From Diplonema japonicum (taxonomy: Eukaryota; Protista; Euglenozoa: Diplonemea), in contig OZ025648.1 of assembly GCA_964019335.1 (NCBI GenBank), positions 186,001-250,000 of the forward strand: a stretch of 64,000 nucleotides of DNA. Direction: 5' to 3'. How positions within the stretch are numbered: the first letter of the stretch is position 1; every line of letters begins with the position of its first letter. Position numbers and translations under genes: made by a program. The notes under the pieces are model-generated. The model ran no database searches. It was given only the letters and a program-made list of their open reading frames with translations, and was not told the DNA's origin. This document shows, one piece after another, positions 1 to 12,565 of the stretch.

Positions 1-17
1 GAAAGAAAAAAAAAAAA

Positions 18-957
18 GGCGATGTTTAAGGGCAAATCCCACTCGAGGACCACCCTTAGGGGGGGTGGGGGTCTATCTCTTGATGCTTCCTTTTTGGAGC
101 CTCGCTTTCGTTCCGATGGCGGATACCAGTGTCTTTCGCAGACGGTTGATGCGGTCCTTCTTCAGGTTGGTCTTCAGCTCTCTTAGCCTGTCCTGGGTTT
201 CTCGTGAGGCGAAGATCGGTCTCCTTGCAAAGCCTATCGCCGCCTTCCCTCCTATTGCCATGAGGGACTTCACTCTCGTTTTGTTCTTCGCCGGGAAAGG
301 CCTTTTCCTTCCTTGTAATGCGCACCTGTCGTTCACCTTTTGGATCAGTTTCTTGATCCTTCGCGCCTTTTCATCCTGCGTCATTCCCAGCGATCTTCGT
401 GTCGTCGCTTCGAAGTCTAGGGCTAACTCCACCGCCGTCACCTCCGACGTCGTGTCTTCTTTAACCCATCTTAGCTCCGACATCCATTTCAACAGCGACT
501 CCGCGTACATCCGCAGTATCCCACTTGTCGTCCCGAGCTGTTCCAACGTCGGCGTCAAGTGCTTTACTCCTACCACTTTCCGTTCCCACGGCAGTTCTCC
601 TCCAAAATCCTCCACTTGGATCAGTTCTTCATCACGTTTTGCTACTATCATCGCCAGGTACCTCTGCAACCTCTCCAGGTGTGCAAATCCGTGCCCCCTC
701 GGCAAGATCCCGTGCAGTTCCAGGCAGAGAGGCCAGCCCGACCTGTCGCGTAGCGGTTCCAACCCGTCCCTCGCCAGCTCTTCCAGCGCAAGTGGGCATT
801 CGTACAGCTGGTGCCGTAGCAGCGTCACTGTGTTCTGGTGTACTGCTGTGCATATGTCGCATCTATAATTCTGAGGAAGCATTGTCTCTCCGGGTGGTCT
901 CCCGTCCTCTCTTTTCAAGTCATCATTGTCCGGTTCCTCTTCCTCACTTGCCGGGTC
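18..957 (-). mobile_element. 5'-truncated non-LTR retrotransposon (3' part of ORF with CCHC knuckle, 3' hairpin, T-rich tail)
   Basis: The frame from 73 to about 950 encodes CDIC-x11-H-x4-C (LINE-type zinc knuckle), then WPLCLELHGILP and W...VTAVELALDFEATT. It has no proper start and begins in an A-run. After the stop come a hairpin (27-58) and a T-run in element sense. G+A11-12 flanks both ends (possible TSD). Confidence 0.7.
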
Positions 958-997
958 GAAAAAAAAAAAGAAAAAAAAAGAAAAAAAAATAAAATTA

Positions 998-1242
998 AAC
1001 ACTGTCCCCTCCCTCACCTAAAGTTGTGATGACAAACTTCGGACAACATAAAAAAAAAAAAAAAAAAAACCTTGCAACACTCACAGACGGGAGTCCTGAG
1101 CGGTCTAAAATGTGTAGCCGTGTCAGGAGCCCAAAGTGTAGTGTGGCAAATTCTCTCTTTTTTTTTTATTTATTTCTTTTTCTTTTTATATTAATTGTCA
1201 GTTATCATCACTAGGTGTTAACAGGGCTCGGGCAGAGTGGTT
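998..1242. repeat. ~245-bp imperfect inverted repeat / fold-back
   Basis: Nested complementary blocks: CACCTA/TAGGTG, GTGATGA/TCATCAC, A-run/T-run, TTGC/GCAA, ACACT/AGTGT, GGG/CCC, TCCTGA/TCAGGA and CGG/CCG around a loop near 1107-1115. Confidence 0.6.
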
Positions 1243-1902
1243 TTTTTTCTTCTTCTCCCTTTTTTTTTTTTTAAAGCTGTATTTAACAAGTACTGCTCAG
1301 TTACTCATGCGAGAAAAAAGAGTAGTAGTAGCTCAAAAACCGACTCGCTTTCTTTTTGTGTTCAAAAAGGGTGAGAATGGGAACCCAAAAAAAAAAAGAA
1401 AGAAAAAAAAAACCCCAAAAGAATTTCCTCATTTTTTCCTTTTTTTTTAAGTTTCAACGTGCGAAAGAAAAAGGTTTCTATCACAGCAAATCAAAACCGA
1501 GAAAAAAAAATAATTCAATATGACTATATATCTTTGTTACGAGCAAAAAAAAAAAAAAGAAAAAAAAAAAAAAGCTGCGAAACGTCTTTTTGCTCGGCAC
1601 AAGTTATATAGCTATAAAATCATTTTTTTTTCTTTTACTTTTTTTTCTTTTGAAAAGTTAAATATTTGTAACAGAAAGAATTATTAAAATTCTACTTTTT
1701 TTTTTTTTTTTCTTCTTCTTCTTCTTTTTCTTCCACACAGGAAAGCGTTTCCCTGTTAACTGTATATTCTTCTTCTTCTTCTTTCTTTTCTTTCATCCTG
1801 CAAACCAACCGACCCAACCCAGAGAGACTCCTGGACCGCTTACTTTCCTGAATCAAGGACAAGGACAGTTTTATTTAAAAAAAAAAAAAAAGCCGAGAGA
1901 TG

Positions 1903-2187
1903 TCATAAATCTTCGCTGAAGGACACCCTCCTTCCTGTACCCTTCCGGGGAAGCCTCTTTTTCCTGCAGATTTTTGTTTTCAAGATGCTCTTCGGTGGTG
2001 TGTCCTCGTAGCTCTCCCCTTCGCTGCTGTAGAGCCATTCCCTCTCAGACGAGTTCAGCGACGATACCTCGTTTGCAGGGCTCTCGGACCTGACCGCCTG
2101 CCGGGTGCTGCTCACCCTCTTTTCCTGCATAGCCCCCAGCCTGTTCAGGAGCATACCCATCATTTCCACACACTCCTTGCGCGACAT
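1903..2187 (-). CDS. 94-aa protein with SILK and RVxF PP1-docking motifs
   Basis: ATG ORF in a GC-rich island, with a pyrimidine tract and AG upstream. C-terminus KSILK...RRVSF. Confidence 0.55.
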   Translation of the reverse strand: MSRKECVEMMGMLLNRLGAMQEKRVSSTRQAVRSESPANEVSSLNSSEREWLYSSEGESYEDTPPKSILKTKICRKKRLPRKGTGRRVSFSEDL

Positions 2188-4151
2188 GTTTTCTGGTTAG
2201 AAACGACCCAACCTATATTTGATCAGGTGCGAAGAAAAGTGAAAAGAGCAGAAAAGAATGTAATAACATCTGATGGCATAAAAAGAGGGGGGGGGGGGGG
2301 GGGGGGGCGTGACTTTCAAAGGAAAAAAAAAGGAGGAGAAAAAAAAAAGAGGGGACAAAAAAAAAAAAGAAATAAAATTGAACTCTGTTAAGGTGGGGTA
2401 AGGTAAGCTACTCCTACCCCGCCAAAAAAAAAAAACTCGGAGGGGGAGGAAGGGAGAGGGGGTCAACCCCTTCCCCCTCCCCTTTTCTTCTCTCGTTTTT
2501 TTTTTCTCTTTTTTTCTTTCATTCTTCTTACGAAAATGTTTTTTATTCTTTTTTTTTTTTTAGCTGATTTTCTTTCTGTGCATTTCTATTTGTAATCCCT
2601 CTTTTTCTTTTTACTTCCTCCACATTTTTCCCCCCCTTCGCTTGAAGAACACGGCGCGTGTGGGGGGGGGGGGGGGGGGGGGGGATGGGGGTTCTTCTTC
2701 TTTTTCTTTATGTTTTTCATACAGATGGCAGAGAGAGAACCAAGAGAGCTTTCTCTATCTTTTGGTGTGCCACGAAGAATAAAAAGAACAATAAAAAAGA
2801 GAAAAAAAAAAAGAAGAGAATGAATAAAGGATCAAGGCCACGTCTTATGTATTGCATGCCTGATACCGTGTACGGGACAAAGGGACGGGGAGAGGGGGGA
2901 GGGGGTCAAGTTTATCTTTCTTTATAAAAAAAAAAAAAAAAAAAAAAACAAAGAAAAGGGGGGGGCTCGCCCCACCCTTTTCTATTTTTTTTTCTTCTTG
3001 ATTCTTCTTTCCTCCTCTGCTGCTGTTGTTAATAAAAAAAAAGAAAGAAAATCTAACGCAAGAAATAAAAAAAAACGATCTTTGCCGAAGCCAAAATGCG
3101 ATCTATATTACCCCCTGTCTTGAGAGACTGTCTGTCCCTTGGTGACAGTGGCTCTGCCGCTTGGTAGTGCAACAGCTGATGACAGCCGGCCACAAGGTTC
3201 GCCTAATCCATAACTCGCTTAAGGGGAGGTCTTGTCCCATGAAAAAAAAAAAAAAAAAAAAAACAGAAACTATCAGAGGAAAGAAGGAGGAGGGAGGGAG
3301 AAAAGAAACAGAGAGGACAAAAAAAAAAAAAAAGAAAAAAAGAAAAGCTTTTCCTACACCCTTTTTTTTATTGGTAAAACACTCTGTTCTTGGTCTTGAG
3401 CATCGGAGAGGAATAAGTAAAGTATTATTCCCCCCCCTGACGCTGACTAAGCAATACGTGTATTCATCTTTTCTTTACACATCTCTCCTTTTTCTTTCCC
3501 GTTTTTTTTCTCTTTTTTTTCTTCTCTTTCCCATCATTGAACAACTTCTTTATTTTACGAAAGGTAGAGGCACAAAGAGGAACCACCAATAAATACTTTT
3601 CGAAATGAAGAAGTGAGGGTGAGAGGAAAAAAAACAAAAAAAAGGCGGGGAAAGAAAAAGAAAGAGAAAAAAGAAAAAAAGAAGAAAAAAAATAGAAGTG
3701 AAAAGAAAAGGCCCTGTACCTTCAGCGGAAGAACTCCACACAGAACAATACAAAAAAAGAAAATGATTTTTTTTTTTCGGAAAAAAAAAAACAAAAAAAA
3801 AAAAGAAGAATTTGCAGCAGAGGAAGAGGAAGGAAAGAAAAGGCGAATGAGGAAAAAAAAAAAAAACTCAAATTAACATGCAAACTCCCAGAGCGAAAGC
3901 CGCATGCCCTAAAAAGGGAGGGGGGGTATGGTCAGTACTAGGTATCTCTCAGTTTCGATCTAATCTTGCGACTCCTCCAAGTGCTGATCTCTTCAGGCAA
4001 GAAGCACCCTTCATTGGCTCCCACTAGCGTCCCAGCAGGTTTGGAGAGTACTTTTCCCCACGGTCTCCGCATTCGCTCTGTGGACAAGGCTATGGAGAGC
4101 CAGGTCCTTAGTGGCTCCTGCGCGGGTGGGGGGGACGGAAAAAAAAAAAAA

Positions 4152-4193
4152 CTCGATAAAATTTCAGTGTGCATGGGGTGCTCACTGTTCAGG
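4152..4193 (-). repeat. dispersed hairpin mini-repeat, copy A
   Basis: CCTGAACAGTGAGCACCCCATGCACACTGAAATTTTATCGAG-T(n); same motif at 10873, 33839 and 53153. Confidence 0.9.
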
Positions 4194-4687
4194 TAGAAAT
4201 TCACACTAATCGGTCACCGTTCTGCGGTTGCTGTCTGGTGCCTGCGGTGGCTGTTTGTCGCGATGAGATGGACGGCATCTGGGCGAGAAACATTGCTTGG
4301 AGTCGTGCTAGGTAGGGGGGGTTTGGCTCGAGGAGAAGAGTGGTCTCCTGTTGTAGCCGTGTGCCGTCGGGCCCCCAAGATGTCGAAGGGTATGCACCCT
4401 TGATTTGGCGCTCCGTACAGACACGACGGTAGCACAGTGCTCGTCAACATCGTCGACTCTTCTCAAACCCTAGTGGCAAAGCTCCGAGACGGGTCAGGCG
4501 TCCCTCCGCTGCGTCCAGCTTGTCCAGCCTGTGATTCCCATCCATGTTCAGGTTCATGCGTAGAGGAATGGGGTATCTCGGCCTCGGCTCATACTCATCT
4601 GCGTCCGGCTTCCTCGCTCCTTCCTCCCTGCTGAGACACACGTAGTGGTCCTCCCCACGTCTTGGACCTTCCAGCCCATCCCCAGCG
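4152..4687 (-). mobile_element. degenerate, probably internally deleted non-LTR retroposon ending in the repeated hairpin motif
   Basis: Frameshifted RLTRLGALPLGFEKSR/MLTSTVLPSCLYGAP resembles the post-RT thumb motif of LINEs. The 3' end is the repeated hairpin followed by a T-run. GG+A12-13 flanks both sides (4137-4151 and 4688-4701). Confidence 0.55.
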
Positions 4688-4951
4688 GGAAAAAAAAAAA
4701 AGAAAAATGAAAGAAAAAAAAGGAGAAAAAAAAAAAAAAAAAACCCATCTGTCTTTTTTTTCTTTTTTTTTTTTTTTTTTCTTCTTAGTACTGACAAAAA
4801 AAAAAAATACTATCGTTATGCAAATCCTACTATCCCTCCCCCATGTCTTTTTTCTTATCATTCTTTCTTTTTGAGAAGGAATCACGTGTAAGTTCTCTTC
4901 TTTCGTCTCATCTTCTTTTTTGTTTCTTCTTCTTCATCCACCCACTCCCTT

Positions 4952-6103
4952 TCACTTAGCAAGTTTAGCCGCCTCAAGCGCCTTCTTAGCCTTAACATTC
5001 TCAGAAAATGTGTCGTCTCCCCACATCAATCTAAACGGGATAGACGTCCGGACAACACCAGTACTGGCAAGAAGAGAAGACGCCACAGCAGCATGGTCAA
5101 AAATCCCGAAATACTCTAGAATAGGGTATGCGCCAAATGTTGCGCAGTACGACGAAATAGTACGTTGCTGGGAAGGGGTCTCAACAAGAAGACCGAGCCC
5201 AGAGATACCAAGTAGGGCCCACATGATAAGGGGGCTTGTGTTCCTTTCAGGCATTGTGACACAAGCAATGTACACCCCAAGGTACGCAAGGGTGCAGTAC
5301 GACGAAAGGAAAATACTACTTCTCATCACATCCTTTATCATCCCTGTGACTCTGGTGTGCACCTGTGTGTTCGACTTACCCGACACCCAGAAGTACACAA
5401 GCCTCAGTGCGTAGACCTTAACATAGAACGGAACACTACCTTGCATGTGCCTCATGAAGTATTGCGCGAACGCCCTCGCGGCCTCTAAGGGTTTGTTCTC
5501 ATCGAACTCCCATTGCCCGCCTTCCTTCTTCGGCCAGCAGAACGGTTTGTACTCCTTGTTTTTCGCAGTCGGGCTGAACGTAAGATCCCTGAACTGTAAA
5601 AGCCGTTCACGTGAAATATGTCCCTGGCTGTACAGGAACGCATAGTAGTCCCGCGGCAGAGCTTTGTCACTGTAGAGCCACGACGACAGAAGCTGCGAAG
5701 TGGAGAGAATCATAACCAGCATCTGAGACTTTTTGAAAAAAGGGATAAGTTGGATAATAGCTTGGCCCACGGCAAAGGCTACCAAGAACTTGTAGTTCAA
5801 CCGGAGTCTTGGGTCGTCCATGGTGAGCCGCAGGGGGACTAGTGAGCCGACCGCAGCAGCGTGCTTACCAAGTACTCTCTTGATAAGACCGTAGACCTCG
5901 GTGGTCCCGCCCACTCCCAACGCACTGCGGTACGCCTCCTCCCAGTCACCCAGCTTCTCCAACGGCGGCAGCCCTCCAATAGGGTCGTTGCGAGGCGGCC
6001 CCTTCCCCCGCGACCTCTTCCTCAGATTCCTGATCGCTGTTGTGATCGAGAACAACGCCCCCACAATGGCGGAGTTCCTCAGTGCTGCCTTCTCGGTTTC
6101 CAT
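4952..6103 (-). CDS. TMEM135/PMP52-family membrane protein
   Basis: DYYAFLYSQG, RSSIFLSSYCTL and GLGLLVETPSQQRTISSYC segments; multiple TM helices. Start placed at the Met following a pyrimidine tract and AG. Confidence 0.75.
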   Translation of the reverse strand: METEKAALRNSAIVGALFSITTAIRNLRKRSRGKGPPRNDPIGGLPPLEKLGDWEEAYRSALGVGGTTEVYGLIKRVLGKHAAAVGSLVPLRLTMDDPRLRLNYKFLVAFAVGQAIIQLIPFFKKSQMLVMILSTSQLLSSWLYSDKALPRDYYAFLYSQGHISRERLLQFRDLTFSPTAKNKEYKPFCWPKKEGGQWEFDENKPLEAARAFAQYFMRHMQGSVPFYVKVYALRLVYFWVSGKSNTQVHTRVTGMIKDVMRSSIFLSSYCTLAYLGVYIACVTMPERNTSPLIMWALLGISGLGLLVETPSQQRTISSYCATFGAYPILEYFGIFDHAAVASSLLASTGVVRTSIPFRLMWGDDTFSENVKAKKALEAAKLAK

Positions 6104-6214
6104 GTTTGTTAATGCCTGTCTTTGAAGGGTTGTGACGGACTCGAAGAAAGAAAAAAAAAGCATGTAACAAGACTATTCGAAGGAAAAATATAGAAAAAAA
6201 AAAGTTAAGTGAAT

Positions 6215-8564
6215 CTAGTATCTAAACAGAGCTGCACCGCAGATTTGGCAGAAGTTAGCATGCCTGTCCACAACGGAGGAACACCGCGGACAGGGCTGAG
6301 GGGGAATGTTATGGGAAGCGGGGGTTGGTGTAAGAACTGTCTTATAGAGGCCCGGGGAAGGGGAGATGGCGACGACAGGGCCGCTCCCGTCGGATGTGAT
6401 GCAGCGTTTAGAAGCGTTCTTTGGCCGTGGGGGGCTTAAGTTGGAGGGTGACCCGCCTTGAGCAAAAGGGTCGGGCGAAGGTATTGGGGCGTGCTTGACT
6501 GGGGAGACAAACCTCGGGCTGAGTGGATGCAGCGCAGGAGTGCATGGTTCATCCTTCCCCATGAGGCAATAGCAGTCCTGTATTCGCTGCTTCACAGCAT
6601 CGCACACGACGAGGTAGTGCCGCATCCTGTTGAGCGACGCATCGCACTGGGCGCCTTCCCCGCGCAGCCGTGTCTGCACCTCCAAAGCTTCCAACAGCAG
6701 TTTGAAACTGTTTTGATACGCCTTCAGAGCTTCTTCTTGCGCGCCGCCCTCCAATCGTGTGTCCCCGTAATTCAGATCCCTCTCTGCTACTACGAACAGC
6801 TTCTCTGCGTGCTCGATGTCGTCGTCTGTCGTGCGCAATGGTGGCGGCGACTGCTGCGGCTCCCTGCCCATAGGCGTGCTAGTCTGCTGTGTTACATCCG
6901 TCGTCACCTGTTATTGTGTTCAGTCCATCATGCCATCATACCTTGTGCACTACCTGCGACGTCGGCCGCTGCACTTGCGATGTCTGCGTTGCGGTGTTGC
7001 CCTTCGCGAATACTGTCTGCGTCCGTTCCAGATTCCTAAGCGTGTTCCCCATAGGCGAGACGGGGGTCGGAGGTGGTTGCATCATGAAAGGCGTCTCTGG
7101 CTCCATGCGATTCGTCTCTTCCGAACGCACTTCGCCATGTGTGTCGTCTAAAGACTTACCTTTGTGAGGAACAGGCCACATCCTGTTGTTGGGATATTTA
7201 TACTTGTGCGCATTCTGTGCCTGTTGGGTGCTGTCATTCGCTGCTGCCCCATACACAGGGGGGTACGTAAGTGATTCTTCTTCTTGGGGAGCATGTGGAT
7301 GAGAAGGCGGGACTGTTTCTGCCCTGTGTTGGTCTCTCAAAGCTTCCCGATCTTCGTATTGAAGGTGTGCCATCGCGTGCGTGTTTGCATGCTGCAAGTA
7401 GCCTGCAACTGGCGCGCTCCTGTACTCGCGGTACGGCCCTGCTGCTCTCCTCGACGCGACACGGCGAGACTCATGTGGCTGCAGCAAGGTGTGCGCAACA
7501 CCAGTTGTCACAGGCTGCACAACGTCCGCCGGCTGTGGCTCGAGGCGCACGCTCTGGACCCCCAGTTCGAGTTCTTCAAGCAGCCGTTCATTCTGTTTGG
7601 GACGCCTCTGTTGCCGTGGCTGCTGGATGGGAGATGCTGGGTGGTAGTGGAGGTAGGGCTGAGGCTGTGGTTGGGCAAATTGTCTGCTTCGGTACGGAGG
7701 CGATTCAGGTCTGACCTTCCGCTCTGGTCGAACAGTATTCTGCTCCTGTGCTTGCTGTTGAGGCCTTGTCTGCGCTTGAGGCGAACGCTCTCCCGCGCAT
7801 GGCTGCTGTTGCTGCTCCGCTTCGTTGCCAGAACGCTGCTGTTGAGGTTGCGCCTGGCTCTTCCCTTTGGCCCACGAAGGCTCCTGACGGGGCTTCTTGC
7901 GTGACAGGAAGGACCTCCGGGGCATCCTACTGGGCTTCTTTTTAGGTCTGAAGGAGCTCAACGTGCAAGAAAAGAATGCATCACGGAAGTCCTCCCACGA
8001 GATACCCCGTGTGTTGGTTGCGTCGATTGTTTGGAAGAGCAGCTCGAAGTCTGTGTGGGAAGAGGCCTGACGGATGGAGGCGGGAAGGTGCATGAGGCGG
8101 CGGACCTCATCATCGACCTGCAGTGCGTGGATGAGCTGCGCACGTGTGACCTTGTTGCGGCCGTGTATGTCGATTCTGTCGTAGATCTCGCGGAGGCGGA
8201 AGCCGGCGAAAGTGCCCTCGCCAAGGTCAATGGAGGCATCGGAGTGAACACCCTCGAGGGACTCTTCTTCCTCTTCCTCTTCTTCATCCTCCGTATCACT
8301 GAGGGGGTCCGGAAGAAGGTTTTCATACAAAGGAACGTTGATGTTCTCGGTTTCTTGCTCTTCTGACACAAGCCGGAGGTACGGTGAGCTCTTGTGCACA
8401 GGGACATGGCCAGAACGTTCCACTACGGGCTGCTCACTCCTCATCACACTCCCTGCCTCCGTGTACTGCACTACCTCACTCCCCTTCGCCCACCTCACGT
8501 TACCAAGCTGTGACAGGTTTATCCTAGGCCTAGGCACCCCGTTTTCTATAGGGAACACGTCCAT
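6215..8564 (-). CDS. EF-hand pair + MIT-like helical domain + C-terminal zinc ribbon (2 exons; intron 6908-6941)
   Basis: EF-hands IDIHGRNKVT and IDATNTRGISWEDF. A 34-nt GTATG..CAG intron joins the two ORFs in frame. C-terminal CPRC...FCQICG. Confidence 0.75.
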
Positions 8565-9007
8565 GTTGCATCTGCCCTGTAGGAAGGCTAGCGGGGTGGG
8601 ATTTTAAAAGAGTAGCATTTCCTTTTTTTTTTAAACTACACTATTATGGAACACTTGACTGAAAGAGCAGGGGGGGGGGAGGGGAGGGGGTTGCCAAGAG
8701 AAAGGCCATACTTACAAGAAAAAACGAAGGAACGGGCGATTTCACTCTTTTCTTTCTTCCTCCCACTTTCCCCTTGTGTTGTATTGCACAAAATATAAAA
8801 AGGACGAGGGGGAAACATAAGGGGCAAGAGCAATACAAACATATCCCCCTTTTCTTTTTAGAATTTCTTTTTTCTTATGACATTGTTGCTCGCACGCCTA
8901 CAATCTTTAAAAAGAAAAAAAAAGGGGAAAAAAAAAAAAAAAAAACAAGAGAGAGATGTACCCTCTTATTCCTCCGTTCCCCCATTCTCCCCCCTCTTCC
9001 CTCTTGT

Positions 9008-10095
9008 CTACTCCAATTTCAAAGGCGGCAGATTTGGCGCCACTACAGCGGAAGCAGTTTCGGTGAGGCCGCGGACATTGTCAATGAAGAGTCTGTTTTT
9101 TTTTTTTTTCCCTCTTTTTTTCCCCCCTTTTTTTTTCCAAACCTGCATAATTCATAGAACCTCAACCTACCCTCCACGCTGCCAGCAGCAGCACGCACCT
9201 TCTCGGCTTTGAACTTGTCGATGTGTATTTCAACCTCTATCTCCAACTTTTGCTTTTTCTTCGCAGATGACAGATCGAGACTAGTAAACCCCACAGGGCT
9301 GGTGTACTCCTTTGCAGTTGTCAGCTCAAACGTGAAGCAGTCAACGGTATACGACCGCCGTTCCTTAGACCGGATCATGGTGACCTTTTTGAGGAAATCG
9401 ACGGAGGTAGGGTCGGAAGGAGGCTCCACGGGAGTTTCCGCAGCAGCCTTGAACCGTAAGTCAAGCGCCTGCCGGGGGTTGTGAATGTCTATGGTTTGAA
9501 ACGACTGTTTAGAAACCGCTGATAAAAGCTTATGCGTCGCGTGGTCGAGCATGAACCGATCGTTGTTGGCGGTGAAGAGGTCGAGGGTTTTGCTCTTCTT
9601 GTATGAAGATCCCCGTGTGGACCCCATTTGTTCTACAATTTTGTTCATCTCCTGGTTTATCTTGAAGAAGGACTGTTCAGACACCCGAGCATCGAACACC
9701 ACATTTGGGTCAGTCACGATGACGGAGGATTTCGCCCACATCGGCTTTATTCTCTTCCTGCTGTGGCAGTCCACCAGCCAGCCAAGCCTCACCTCGATTT
9801 CAGCGTTATCCTTCCTGCAATACTCTGAAACCATCGCCATCACTGCCCTGAGCTCGTCGTCCAGCGTCATCGGGAACAATGCTGTCGCCGCAGCCGTTTC
9901 TGGAGAAGGCGGTGCCTCTGCCGGCTTGGACGGGGGTCCCATGCCACTCGACCGTGATCGCTTCGCTGCCGGTTCCTATAGAAAAAAAATGGATACAAAA
10001 AAAAAAAAAAAAAAGGAGAGATTTATTTATCAACAAGAATGGGGGGGGGGGAGACATTATATAAAGACACTTACAACATGACCTACACATACCAT
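9008..10095 (-). CDS. CET1: Cet1-type RNA 5'-triphosphatase (TTM/CYTH); intron 9093-9142, possible intron 9976-10092 right after the ATG (alternative start 9942)
   Basis: Motif A EIEVRLG, RSKERRSY, FELT, motif C LEIEVEI. Splicing restores the C-terminal LFIDNVRGL helix. Confidence 0.85.
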
Positions 10096-10872
10096 GCACT
10101 ACCGTTTGTCTGCCTTTTAAATATTTCCACCATCCATTTTTTTTAATTATTATTTTTTTTTTTTTCCCGTGTTGAAGGAAGGGATGGCTCTCTTGAAGGG
10201 TGGGGGGTGAGGGTGGGGGTCTTTTGATTCACACACCACTCAGATCTCACACAACAATTCGAAGAGATGAAGGGGAGGCACCACGTCGGCATGTACATAG
10301 TATGGGCAGCAGCACCGTGTGTCCGCCCTTTCGCTCCATTCCATCACAAGCCTCGACCGCAACCTACACAACGAGAGGAGGGTGTCAAGTGGCCAAGCTC
10401 TGAAAGGTGGATAAAAAGGGGTATTACACAAAAAAGAAATGCCTTACATTCTCCCATAGCAAAGGTCTTATGTATCAGAGAGCATCAAGAAAAAAAAAGA
10501 AGTGGGAGGGGAGGGGGGGTTATATTTTTCTTGCATACCATTTCGCTCTCCTCCAGTTCACGTTTTGCTTCATTGGCATTACTGCCAGTGGTTGTCATGT
10601 TCCTTCTTTTTTTTGCTTTTTTTAAAACAAATATGTGTATGTTTTTTTTTTTTCTCTTCCTCCAGCCTCCCCCCTCCTGTAGATTTTCTTTTTTTTTAAA
10701 CTCCTCTTAAAGCACGACGCAGAAAACAAATGTAAATAAAATAAGAAGAAAAGAAAAAAAAAGGTTCTAAACAGGAAGCAGGTTGCAGTTTCTTTGCACC
10801 CTTCGACTTAATGGATGCTTTTTTTTTTTTTTTTTTTCGCTTTTTTTTTTTTTTTCTTTTTTCTTTTTTTTT

Positions 10873-10909
10873 CAGTGAGCACCCCCATGCACACTGAAAT
10901 TTTATCGAG
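10873..10909 (+). repeat. dispersed hairpin mini-repeat, copy B
   Basis: CAGTGAGCACCCCCATGCACACTGAAATTTTATCGAG inside a T-tract downstream of tubulin. Confidence 0.9.
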
Positions 10910-11185
10910 TTTTTTTTTTTTTTTCTCTTGATAACAGTAAACAGTGATTTGGTTGGGAAGACAACGGGCGAAGCTCTTCAGCAAGCACAACAAGGAAGTG
11001 CCTCTGGCAAGCACAAATGGAGGAAGAAAAGAAAAAAGAAAAAGAAAACCCGGTGGTGAGAGGGGGTGGGGGAAACACAACGTGCTACTATCTTATCACA
11101 GTGGGGAGAAGACGGGCTTACAAGTGGAATAATAATAAGTGGGATAGGGTAAAAAGAGAAGAAGGGGGTCTGAGGACACACCGCC

Positions 11186-12565
<1,380 letters not shown>

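Noticed and set aside
1026-1099. Box C (GTGATGA) and box D (CTGA) snoRNA candidate
   Set aside because: Contains a 20-A run and is mirrored on the other strand by the inverted repeat; no guide recognised.
3176-3200. CTGATGA hammerhead core
   Set aside because: No stem II followed by GAAA.
2197-3876. Many poly-K/poly-F ORFs here and in other spacers
   Set aside because: Translations of A/T homopolymer tracts.
10262-10337. Imperfect hairpin in a GC-rich spacer
   Set aside because: Weak, GU-dependent, single copy, no recognisable family.
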